Shown here piece after piece: positions 1-11,500 of a stretch of 64,000 bases of DNA. The translations under genes and the position numbers were made by a program. Source of the stretch: Takakia lepidozioides. Its lineage: Eukaryota > Plantae > Bryophyta. Below the pieces are notes generated by a model, which was not told the origin of the DNA, made no database searches, and saw nothing but the letters and a program-made list of their open reading frames with translations. The stretch is from assembly GCA_030704615.1 (NCBI GenBank), contig CM060731.1:18290001-18354000 (forward strand), in the 5' to 3' direction. Every line of letters begins with the position of its first letter. Position 1 is the stretch's first letter.

Positions 1-29
1 TGATCATGGCATTTTTTTTTTTTTTTGAA

Positions 30-740
30 CCCACAAATCCAAGAATTATGTCAATATTTTCATGGATTCTACTGTTTTATTTTTTTTGTTTCTATGATAA
101 CTAATCTATACTAGAATAACTATTAGATTTTTCTTGATTTATGCATAATAGTTTAAAATCTATTTGGTTACATTAGTTGTATACTTTAAAATTTCCCTTG
201 GTCCCTCAGTTATTTCCTACAATACTTCAATTCAAATTTCAAGTGTCCTTTGAATATTTGCATAAATTAATCTTGCTGTAATTTATGCACACTAGATTTA
301 AATATTTTCTGATCCATTAGTTATATACTTTTAAGATTTCTCTGGATCCCTCAGTTATTTCTCTCAATTCAGATTTATCAGTCCTTTAATTATATCAATT
401 TAAATTTATTTTGTTGCCTTGGTTATTTTCTTTCGGTTCCTCAGTAATATCTCGCAATTTCTCCAACACAAATTCTCAATTATACTCATCTTAATTTATC
501 TTGGATTTTTTAATTATATTTATCTACTCAGTATAGCGAGAATGTTTGTTTGTTTGTTTTAGATTCCAATAGAATCTTAATCATATTTTATTTTATAAAT
601 TATAATTAAATAACATATATTTGTACATAAAATAATTATATAACAAATCCAAAGAATTATCTCAATATTTTCATGGATTTTAATATTTTGTCATTTTTTC
701 TATTGATAACTAATCTATATTAGAATAACAATTAGATGTC
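30..740. repeat. Degenerate AT-rich repeat region
   Basis: The block at ~33-128 (acaaatccaagaattat...ctaatctatactagaataac) recurs at ~643-737. The block cattagttgtatacttt...ccctcagttatttcct recurs at ~171-218 and ~316-362, and partly at ~430-450. Confidence 0.6.
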
Positions 741-1805
741 AATAATTCTAAGATTATAACTTCATTGTCTTGTTCAGCATTGGTCCATGATATTGTAAAT
801 GATACTAATATAAAAAGAAAACATCAACAAATTAATCATATTATGATTAAAAATGATAATAAGAAATCCAAACAAATGCGTTTCAAGAGGCTACCGGCTC
901 ATGACCCACCTGTTACTATGTTTGCATGTTCCAAGTTCATTGGTCATTTCAACCCATATAAATATCCATAAACATTGTTAGATTTAGATGAACATTTCTT
1001 AACAAATATGGAGATTTATATTGTAAACGATATCATGTACGCCATCTGAGTACCGTTACCTATTGTGCACTTCATCTAAAGTAAGGAAACAAAATCATTT
1101 TTGTCTCTTTGCCACATGGGAGGCTACTGTTGCATTTTCCTGAAAACATCAATTAGAATATAAATCCGACTATAAATCCAAACATTTGTCCAAAATGAAT
1201 TTTATTGGCTTCCCATGATTTTGTTAATATTCAATTATATGTTCGAAAAAAAGAAGTTATATGGAGAAGCACAAATTAGTCATATTTGCTGGTTCTCGAC
1301 AAATGCGGCAATGAGTCTTAAGAAAAATGCAAAAGCAACATGTATCTAATGAAGAACACAATCATGAAGAAAATCAAAATAATTTTGAAGATGTAAGAGA
1401 AAATATAAATAATTTTCATATGAAACTTCAATTTTCTACTACTAGGATCCACAGTTAACATTACATATGGACAGATACCAATGAAAATCAACAATGCATA
1501 TCTGGTGAGCAATAAAGTTCCCAACCAGGGCCAAGTCCCCTGTTCCTCCAAAAATAAAAATAAAATAAAATAAAATAAAATAAAATCTGGTGGTATAGAA
1601 GCCTATTGGACCATACTCTTGGCCTTGAAACTAGGTAATGTGTCAAAATATTGCCACATCTCACCTATTTTAAATGTTTGATAAGATTTTATCTCAATAT
1701 GAGGAGGAGCCATTATTTGAACTTTAAATACTCTTAAAAAAAATAAAAATACTCTCCACTGTTTTTAAGAAAAGAAAGCAAAGGGAGATGGCAGCAAAGC
1801 CAATC

Positions 1806-3857
1806 TCAGTTGGAGGCCTCCATGACAGCCATGAAATCCAGTTTTCTGATATGAAGCTTCGCAAATCCTGCCTCGGAAGCGAGCTGCCGAAACTCGGCTG
1901 CGTTCCTTTGACGGCCACTAGGAGTGAAGAGCATCATGATCAGATCGAACTGAAAAGCGCATAGGTCGTCGGATGTGGTTTGTGCAGGGATCTCGTCTGG
2001 CAGTAAACATTCCACCATGATCACTTTCCCGTTTGGCGGAAGAGCCTTATAGCAATTCTGGAGCACCTTCACACAGTGGGCATCGTCCCAGTCGTGTAAA
2101 ATCATCTGCCCATACCATCGACAGGTCAGTCAGATCTACAGAGCCTCGCCTGAGCTTCAAAGTGATCAGCAATCAGTTTGGATATGAATTCCAGCTAGTT
2201 CACTTATTTGATACATGGTTCCTAGCTGCAAGTGCTAACTTCGGGTCCGTATATGTATGACGTATACAAGTCTTCAGACTAATTGATCGGCGGTTCCTTG
2301 CAGGATCACTAGATTCGGTCATTGGGAAAACTAAATGTGGAAAATATGAGGAGGAACGTCTCGGAACACTGTACTTTAAGAAGCGCTGCATCGCAACCGC
2401 TTGGAACACTCTTGAACATATCACCTGCCACATGCTCCACACCTGCAGCCATGCCCAGATCAGATCTACTTAGGAGAATAAGCGTGCTGACTGGAGGTGT
2501 TCGATCAGTCAATATGGTAACAGCCTCCTTCACAAGTTGCGAGTTTTTACATTATAGCCTCACACTTGTAATCCATCGGCCTGAATTAACCTCCGCACAC
2601 ATGCAAGTGTTAACGCATCCCACCCGTTCAGGCTGCTACCGAACTTGTTCCCTTGGGCACAGGGTTTGGGACATAAACGTCCAGGGTTAATAGTATATTC
2701 AGTGACTGAGATCGATACACATTATCTTGAACTTGTATTGGAGGTCCAAAGTCCTCAGGCCACACCATGAAGACGAATTATGACACTGCTGAGAAATACC
2801 TACTGTTCATACTACTGGGCAACATCTGAAAAATTACTCTCCGGACAGACATGTGCACTCCCTGTGGAGTACACTTTCCAGTGACCATCGTCAACCGTTG
2901 CCCCTCGAATCATTGTACACATTTGTGCCGGAATTGCATACTTTTGTACCACTTACTGCCCACTTACTGGTGATCACTAAATCAGAGATCTGGCGAACTT
3001 GCACATTAGTTATATAATACGGGGTTTGTCTAGCCTTGCAGCCGGTGCTTACTTCAATTTGCGTCAAGGGTAGAAACTATACCAGTAATCAGGGGCGCAT
3101 TAGTCAGGACATGCGGGAGATCAAAGTTGATCCCATGGATGTGTGGGAATCGCTCCAAAATCCCCGCTAGAGTTGTCCCTAGACCTCCCCCAACGTCCAC
3201 CAGTCTGTCTACATCCGTAAATCCCCTATACTTGTCCAATAGCTCAGCCATGATTCGATTGGTGTGATCTGACATGGCGGCCTGAAAGGGCTTGTTAATT
3301 GCTGGATTGACTCCACAATACTCAAAGAGGTGCTTTCCACCATGTGCCTTAGCAAAGGGCTCCTCTGAACTTAAAACTGCAGCACAGAGAAATTGTTTTG
3401 CATCACCGTACTCCTTCCTTTGAAGAAACAGAGCAAGATTGCCGAGCGTACCACTCGATCGTTTTCTAATCAGAGCTCTGGACATGGGTGTCAAGCCATA
3501 GCGCCGTCTCTCAGGCGCAGATCCAGGCTTGCAGTCTGCAGCATCTGCAGAAATTTCAGTGAAGACGCCCTTGCAAGCCAGAATCCGAAGTAGGCGCTCT
3601 AGATTTTGTGGGCTTGCATGGTCGGATCTATTGGGTATGTGCATCAAAATTTCTTGGGCAGACATAGCTGGTCCGTCGGGTCCCGCAGCTGCGAGAATGT
3701 CTGGGACATCAAGTTGTAAGACACATCCCAAGGCTGCAGGAAAGGCCCAGCTTGATGCTAGCTCAAACACTGCTTGCTTTGCCCTCGCATTCTCCTCAAT
3801 TGTTTCTTCCTTCAAATTCGAAACTGCAATTTCCCGGCCATCATAGAGATCACCCAT
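1806..3857 (-). CDS. Caffeic acid O-methyltransferase-like (plant class II SAM-dependent OMT), 3 exons
   Basis: Exons 3857-3083, 2442-2375 and 2105-1806 are joined by GT-AG introns in frame. Motifs: N-terminal dimerisation region (LERLLRILA), SAM motif LVDVGGGLG, GINFDLPHV, VEHVAGDMF and catalytic K-x-ILHDW. Confidence 0.92.
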
Positions 3858-4689
3858 GTATCAGCCCGATGCTTTCCCTCTGTCGAAGTCCCTCTGCTGG
3901 AATATAACACTAGAAGAGCCTCTCTCTTAAGACGTGTCTAAGATTTGCTTAAATAGAGCCATGTGCAAATGAAAAAGAAAGACTATCCTTGCAAAGAGCA
4001 CTAGTACAAGCACTCAATCCCTCCTAATCACACCTTTTGTCCGGATTGCTCCAGCGTACCTTCCTTTCCAGCGTGGCCAGCCCTTTATATCATGCCTTAT
4101 AGGATCCCCCCCATGAGAAGGTAAGTAGTAGCCCTTCTGTATCAAGTGACATCATAAGTTACGCTTGAGCAAGAGTCCGCATTTTATTTCATATATACAT
4201 AGCCCTGGTCATCTTGCCTGCAGGTTCAATCTTAAATTTTCTTCTCATTTGATTTATGCTTTATTCACAGTGACATGTGGCGGCAACTTTGGTTAAGTGC
4301 AAAGACTTGAAAAATCTGTAACACAGCAGAGAATAGTGGTTTGAAAAGTTGAACATTGTCTGGAGATTAAATGCATGTTATATTCAACACTTCGGTCCCC
4401 TGTCCAAAAAAAAAAACAAAAAGAGAAAACACTGGTGGCGTGAGAACATGGTCTGCCACAATATCAGAGGGATTGAGCAGTCCAATGAGAAGATGCTTCC
4501 CAAGGAGCTTATGGATGATAGGACTGAATTGAGATAGGCTAAGTCCATTGTTAAAATTTCTTTGGAAAAAGATAAACAAGAAGGGGCTCTGATAATGGTG
4601 AACTGCACCGGGCCAACGAGACCACAGCTTTCCTGGGTCAGAAAATGCATGGAATTCATGCAAGCCCTGCCTTGCTTAAGGGTTAATAG

Positions 4690-5197
4690 CAGTGTTGTTC
4701 TGGTATCAGGTTCAGGACATACCAGACTGGTCCTAGTAACAGACGTATCACAAAACTTTTATACCAGTCTGGTCTATATGGTGGATGTACTTTTTTCCAA
4801 ATATTGGTATGAGTATCATGACATACAACACCAGCTGGTATGAGATATCAACTCTGGTATCATTCCAAAGCCATCTTGAATTACAAGTTTATCACATAGC
4901 AAGTATCAAGTGAAAACAAATACAATGCAAATAAAGAAATAAATATACATAAGTACAAGTATGTAGGCATATGTACACATAGATTAGTATAATACACATA
5001 CCAGAGTAAATGAGGAAGAGGAGAGGGGGGGGGGGGGGGTGTTTACTTGTATTGTGGCTGGTATGAAAAAACTGATACCAGCCTGGGTCCTGGTATACGA
5101 CCAAGTATTCTCCCAAATGATACCAGACTGGTCTGGTATTTAATACCAGTCCATATACCAGTCCTTCACCTATATACCAGTCTCCAGACCATCACTG
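4690..5197. mobile_element. Non-autonomous hAT-type element (MITE)
   Basis: TIRs are CAGTGTTGTTCTGG and (reverse complement) CAGTGATGGTCTGG. A perfect 8-bp TSD GTTAATAG lies at 4682-4689 and 5198-5205. There are many subterminal ATACCAG/CTGGTAT motifs. Confidence 0.85.
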
Positions 5198-5368
5198 GTT
5201 AATAGTTAATAGATCTTGTTTTTTTTTTTTTTTTTTCCCCTCCGGTTATTGTACTGTCAGTCAATAGTGATACCTGGCGGGCCTATGGTAGGGGCCACAG
5301 TGTAGAATAGGGTTCACAGCTTAATGTTCTACTCCATTTCACATCCAAATCTAATCATCCATCTGCGT

Positions 5369-5383
5369 TAAACCCTAAACCCT
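5369..5383 (+). promoter_or_regulatory. Telo-box (TAAACCCTAAACCCT) upstream of NRPA1
   Basis: Two tandem plant telomere units lie ~110 bp before the NRPA1 ATG. Telo-boxes are established in promoters of plant translation and ribosome-biogenesis genes. Confidence 0.6.
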
Positions 5384-5488
5384 GGGCAATTCTGAGTGAA
5401 TTCTGGGGTAGCACTTCCTGAACAATCTCAAGCAAGGAAGAGAGTGATTGTGATGCTGTGTCGAACTTCTTCAAGGAATTAAGCAGCC

Positions 5489-5529
5489 ATGAGCCGCCTT
5501 CAGGGCCGCCCAGAGGTATTCCTCACAAC

Positions 5530-5583
<54 letters not shown>

Positions 5584-8500
5584 AGTGTTGTAGTTTCATG
5601 TGCACGGCAAAATAATGGATGGTTTATCTGTCAGTATGAGTTTATAGGAAACTCAGGCGATTATTTGTTATTCGAACTTCGAATCGCTTTTACAGTCTGT
5701 ATCCAAACTGTTAGAAGATGAATGGCATTGGCATCTATTGCAAGCAAGACAACAACTTTGACTATGGTTTTTTTGTGGCAGGTGGTGTGCAAGGTGGTAG
5801 ATGCAGTAGGATTTTCTTTCTACACAGATGAGGAAGTGCATGCCATCAGTGTGAAGCAGATTACTAGTCCCATATTGTTGGACGACTTGCGGAACCCTGT
5901 TCCCGGGGGCCTTTATGATCCAGCACTGGGGCCACTTGACCAGAGAGGAGGGTATGCCTATCCCCATCTTTATGGAAATTAGTTTCATGAACTTATGATG
6001 ACACCTAATTATTTGCCTCTGGGTTAAGGCGTACTTACAAATAGGAATCTCTCTATGAAGACTGCCGTTCTCTGCCCTAGGTCTCCAATTTTTTGAAATT
6101 TTGGGCCAATTTCTTCGAGAGCCAGTTTCTTGGACCTGAGCATCAGTGTTTTACACCGAATTTCATACACAATGTGAATAGCGAATGTTCATTGGATTGG
6201 TTCATAGTTGGGCAATCCCATCCACACTAGGAGGGAAATTTTGGCGACCAGAGAGTGCATTTACTTCCTATGACTGAGTGCAGTCCTGAATCCCCCAGGC
6301 ACTAATTTTATCTTGAGAGTTATTTTGTCTTCACTGATTCCTTGTGTTGCTTCTCATGTGCTCTGTGTCCTTGCTTCTCATGTGCTCTCTGTCCTTGCTT
6401 CCCATGTACTCTGTAGCGGTCTACGAACCAATATAATTCGGTCGCGAAGTCTTGTTTTGGGGGTTGTAGAGATTGTGGGTATGAGCTTGCATTAGTTGAA
6501 AAGTCATTTGATTGATGTTTGTTGGCAGCTGTGTAAATTGTGGGAGAGCAGCCGTGCATTGCCCGGGCCACTATGGCCATATTGACCTCGTTCTGCCCGT
6601 CTACAATCCTTTGGTGTACAAAAAATTGGTCAAGATTCTCAAATGCATCTGTCTCTTCTGCCACCATTTCAAGATGCTTGAGAACAGGGTACTTTCTTTG
6701 TCTCTCTCTCTTTTGGTATGTGTACACTTTTTCTGTCCAAATTGGGCGCGGGGTCTATGGCCACAAGGCTACTGCAAACAAAGTCTTATGAGTGCATTCT
6801 TTTGGTTTGTCTGCTGCTTGAGATCTATGTCCACAAGGCCATTGCTCTGCAGTCCATTAGTACAGTCTGTCTCTCTCTTGCTTTTGTCCTTTCAGAAGAG
6901 AAGAATATGATCTTTTCTCTGGATGGGATCCTCCACAGCAATAGTCACTGTGTGCTCTGTTACCAGGGACATTGAGTGCTGTTAAGTATAGAAATACTAA
7001 TGTGGTATACATGCATACTTCTTGGACAGGTCAGTATGTTTGCAAGAAAATTAGAACTCATATCGCAAGGCCGGATGGTGGAGGCAGCAAGGGTGAGAGT
7101 GGAAAATGGCGAGGAAGGGGAAAGGCCTGTCTCAGATGATGAAGTGGACATGGCAGATGAAGACAGGATTGCGCACTGTGATGCACCTGGAAGGACGGAT
7201 GGGGGGCGCAGGAGATCACAGTGGACATCCACCCAAATTGCAGCTGCTAGAGAAGTAACACGCCAATTTCTGGAGGAGACACCAAAGACTAAGTGTGAGA
7301 ATTGCTTGGCACATGTACCAGTCATCAAGCAGTCCGGAGTTGGCAAGATCTTTCAGGTGGGTAAAGCTTAGGCTCCGGTTCAGAGGAATTTGATAAATCT
7401 TGCATTTGACCAAGTGTGCGAGGGAATCTGTCCCCATGTCTAAGAATAACGCAGTAGTTTTAGTCAGATGCGATCGTGGGTGCTGAACCTTCTGGATTGC
7501 TCCTCCTGTTGGGAAATGATTCTTACTGCAAAAATCAGTGAGGATGTTTCGGAATGGTTGTGAGAGCTTGGTGGCGATATGATGATGATGATGATGCCGA
7601 TGCTCTTCTGGATGTAACTCTGACTAAGATATGAAGCAATAGAAGTGTCATAACCGTGAGACAAAAATCAGGGATACCTGTGCTTTCTATACTGCAGTCC
7701 GAATCTATATGGAATTGGATGGTATGGATGTGGATGATGGGTCCTATGATTGTTATGGAAGTAGTTGGGCTGATGACGGAGCTGATCGTAATGATGCTCT
7801 TGCCCATTCAGGAACCTCTGGGAAATAATTTTCGATCAAACAACCTTATGCGAGGCATCAAAAGAACTGTGACCCTTCAAAGTTCTACGACGAAAGCTGG
7901 TTCTGAAAATGGTGAAGAGAATGAAATGGAGGTTGATGTGGAGCTGAACGAAGGCATGGAGGTTCATGATTCTGAAAAACTTGATACAGATGGCATGGAT
8001 GCAGGCGGGAAAAGTCGGAGTGCAATGAAAGGAAAGGGAAAGAAGGGAAATGGCCAAATCAAGGCCCCTGGTATTAATTTGGACGAGTATGAGCTTTGGA
8101 GCCAGAAACTATTCCTCACTACATATGAGGTAAAAATTTGTATCACTTGTAGCTGTAACTTGTGATTCTGGATGGGATACTAAGGTATGAAATTTTGCAG
8201 TCAAAATGTTTAGTGAACAGAGAGGTTTTGGTGCCACCCTGTCATTCTGACCAATAGACTCCTTCTCTTGCGACTGGTGAGGTGCTCTGCAACAACCTTC
8301 TCTTTCGTCAAAGGCAGGGACCTTTAGGCCATGCCTGCATTAGCATCCAGTCTCTCTCAGAGTTCAAATGTTGCTGCAAGGCTTTAGCAACCTGTGATGC
8401 ACCTCGGTGAACCTCTGATGGCCACATTTGACATGAGTATAACTCAGTAGTGCCTTGCCTCCTGCCCCCTAAGTCTGTCTCTCTCCCCCTTAGGCCTCCC

Positions 8501-11500
8501 ATGGATGTAATCATCCCTTCTTACTTTCTCCCTCTTGTTTGTCTGTTGTTCTATGGGTCCTTGGGGCTGCACCTTGGATGTTATGAAAGTTAGATGTTTC
8601 TTTTCTTCTTCTCTGCTCCCTTCAAGATTGAGTATCTGTGATACTGTAGCAACATTTGTCAGCCACATGATTTTTAGTATGAAGTCAGGAAGGTGCTTTA
8701 ATCAACAGTAAGTTCTCCTGGAACTGGATTGTCGTTGGCCATGTTCCAGTACTACAGCAATTTTGGGATTATATACTCGAATCCTCATACCCCAGAACCA
8801 TAGTTTCCTGCAGGGACTGCATGTATGCTCAACATTCCGGGGTCTCTTGCCAGTAGGCAAAAAGCAAACAAGTTAAAAGAGTATAACTTCTATCTCTGTT
8901 GTTAGGAGGAAGCAACTTCATCATTAATTGCAACCTTTCCAATCGAAGCAATCCTGTCTCTCTGTCCTCTTCATCGATAAGTCTCACTTTGGAGATGACA
9001 TGTTTTGTGTACATTTATTTGCCCCTTTGGTCTGAATGGTGAGACTTTGGCTGTGTCAGGTGAGAGAACATATGCGATTAGCATGGGAGAAGGAAGAACG
9101 TATTTGCTCGCTCATTTGGGGAATGGCAGAGGATCAAAGGCATGCCTCGCCAAAGCAGTGGAAGACTGGCTCGGCCATGTTTTTCTTAAACAGTATTCTG
9201 GTCACCCCTAACAGGTTCCGACCCCCCAATAAGATGGATGATAATGTATGCTCTCTTTCTTTCCCTCTTGGCATCACCCTTGGCATCTTTCTCTCTCTCC
9301 CTCTCTCTCGCTCTGATGTTGTACCAAGGTAAGTCCCACTACCAGAGGGAGCCCATCACAAAAGTAGTGTCTGTTCCCTTTTGTTCCGCCCAAACTGGGC
9401 GCGGGGTCTATGGCCACAAGGCTACGGCAAACGTCTGATGAGTACATCTCTCTCTGATGCTACCCTCGGCACTAGACTGAATTATAAACTCAGGGTGGGG
9501 AGTCTACCTTTGAAGAATAATAAGATGCAGAGAGGAAAGGCAGATTGTCATTGCCTGAGATGCGGGTGGCCCGAAGACAATTCTTTTCTCTACTATAATG
9601 TCCAGGGTATTCTCATTAGAGAGCGACTCTCTTCAGGACCATCGAGAACATATTCCCTGCACCTCTGTGCACCGACTTCCAAAATCTCAAGGCTTGAGCC
9701 TAAAGCCCTGGCCCTGTTGGGGTCTAATTGCTGGGCATAGCAGATAGATGCTTGTGTGAAGGGCTTTCTGGAGGAAATCTGGAAAGCCTGAAACAAGGTA
9801 AGTCCCACTGCTGGAGTGAGCCCCTCACAAAGGTAGTGTCTGTTCCCTCTCGCTCCGCCCAAACTAGGCACGTGGTCTATGGCCACAAGTCTACAGCAAA
9901 CAACCTCTCATGAGTATAGTCTCTCTGGTGTTATAAAGTTTGTTCCTTTCTGTTAAGGACTGCTTGTCAAGGTCTCCACGACACTACATTTTTGTGATGG
10001 TAGTGAGCCTATTCAGCTCTCATCCATTTCCCCTCCTCCTTCTTACCTTTTTGGCTCCATCTAAGTTTGCATGCCACAGGGCTACAGCAATGGAAGTCCA
10101 ATTAGTATACACACACTCTCTCAACTCTGCATGCTTCCTTACAAGTGTTTTGTGCTGTACCCTGCAGTTATTAGAACATCCACAGAACGTTGTCTACGGT
10201 CGATTACTTCGGGCGAACCTTTCACTAACAGAATCCACAAAAGTAAAGAAGGCAGACGATGGGTCCACTCAGAAAATTAACATAACACAATCAACAAAGC
10301 TGTGGTTGGACCTTCAAAATGAAGTATGTGCTCTTCTTGACAGCACCACAGGTATCGATCTGAATGAACGCGACCTCAACCCATTGAAGTCCATTGAGTT
10401 TAGAATGTTATATTTATTGGTGCTGAAAGCCTCTTGGGGCTCTGGAGGACATTGTTGCTGTTTCGTTTAAATGGGGGGACTTGCTACAGCAGATTATTCT
10501 CATCCAAGAATATGCTCCTAGGGCCTGCACAAACCAATAGAGTAGCAGGCTTGCAGGCTTCTCTGACATGAATATCTCATATGTGATCCACCAGTCTTAG
10601 GTCAGTGACCTCACTCCAAATTTACTGTGTTGGTTTGGGCACCAGCCACGGGGCTGGGTCGTGACCAAACAGGTGGGGGAATCCGGCAGCTACTAGAGAA
10701 GAAGGAAGGGTTGTTTCGCATGAATATGATGGGCAAGCGTGTCAACTATGCCTGTCGCTCAGTTATCTCTCCAGACCCCTACATTGCTGTGAACGAGATT
10801 GGAGTCCCTCCCTACTTTGCTACTCGTTTGACTTACCCAGAGGTATATTTCGTTTCTGCCCTTCTATGACTGTCCCTGCATTCTGATCTTGTGTAAGGAG
10901 TGGGTGAGAAATTTCTGCTCACGGTTTCCGTGGTAGTAAAATGATCTAACCCTTTGATCTTCTCCGCAGAGAGTGACACCATGGAATGTACAGCAAATGA
11001 GAGAGGCCGTGGTGAATGGACCCCAGGTGCACCCGGGGGCAACGCATGTGGAAGATGAACAAGGAGGCATTGTGAACTTGACTAATCTGGCCAAGTTCAA
11101 GCGTACAGCGCTTGCCAAAACCCTCCTTTCCACTCCAGGGGCAGCAGCTGGAAATCCGTCAGGAGGAACTGCAGTGGGAAATCTTGATGTAATCAGGGCT
11201 GTTGGAAAGACTGTGTATCGACACCTTCGAGACGGGGACGTTTTACTGGTCAATCGACAAGTTCGTTCTATCCTTCTGGCCGTGTCTTTTATAGAACTAG
11301 CAGCCTGTTGGTGGACATGGCTTGTTATCTTTCTTACCTTATGGCAGGTATGGTTTTTCTCAAGGACCCATGAAGTGCACTGTTCTTTACATTTTGTCTG
11401 TTATCATGGCCAGCCAACACTGCATAAGCCGGGAGTAATGGCGCATCGAGCTCGTGTTCTCAAGGGCGAGAAAACATTGCGCCTGCATTATGCTAATTGC

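Noticed and set aside
4349-4680. Short ORFs upstream of the hAT MITE
   Set aside because: They are interrupted by a stop and have no recognisable domain; a pseudogene call cannot be supported.
5340-5400. Telomerase RNA template candidate
   Set aside because: No USE/TATA Pol III promoter or terminator is seen. The position fits an ordinary telo-box of NRPA1.
7470-7811. GAT-rich stretch in NRPA1 intron 4 as an extra acidic exon or C/D snoRNA
   Set aside because: The flanking exons already join in frame, the acidic frame hits a stop, and the box C/D spacing is too short.
9425-9450. CTGATGAG resembling a hammerhead ribozyme core
   Set aside because: There is no matching GAAA or stem II/III, and the other copies read TTATGAG, TCATGAG or TTACGAG, so the motif is not conserved.
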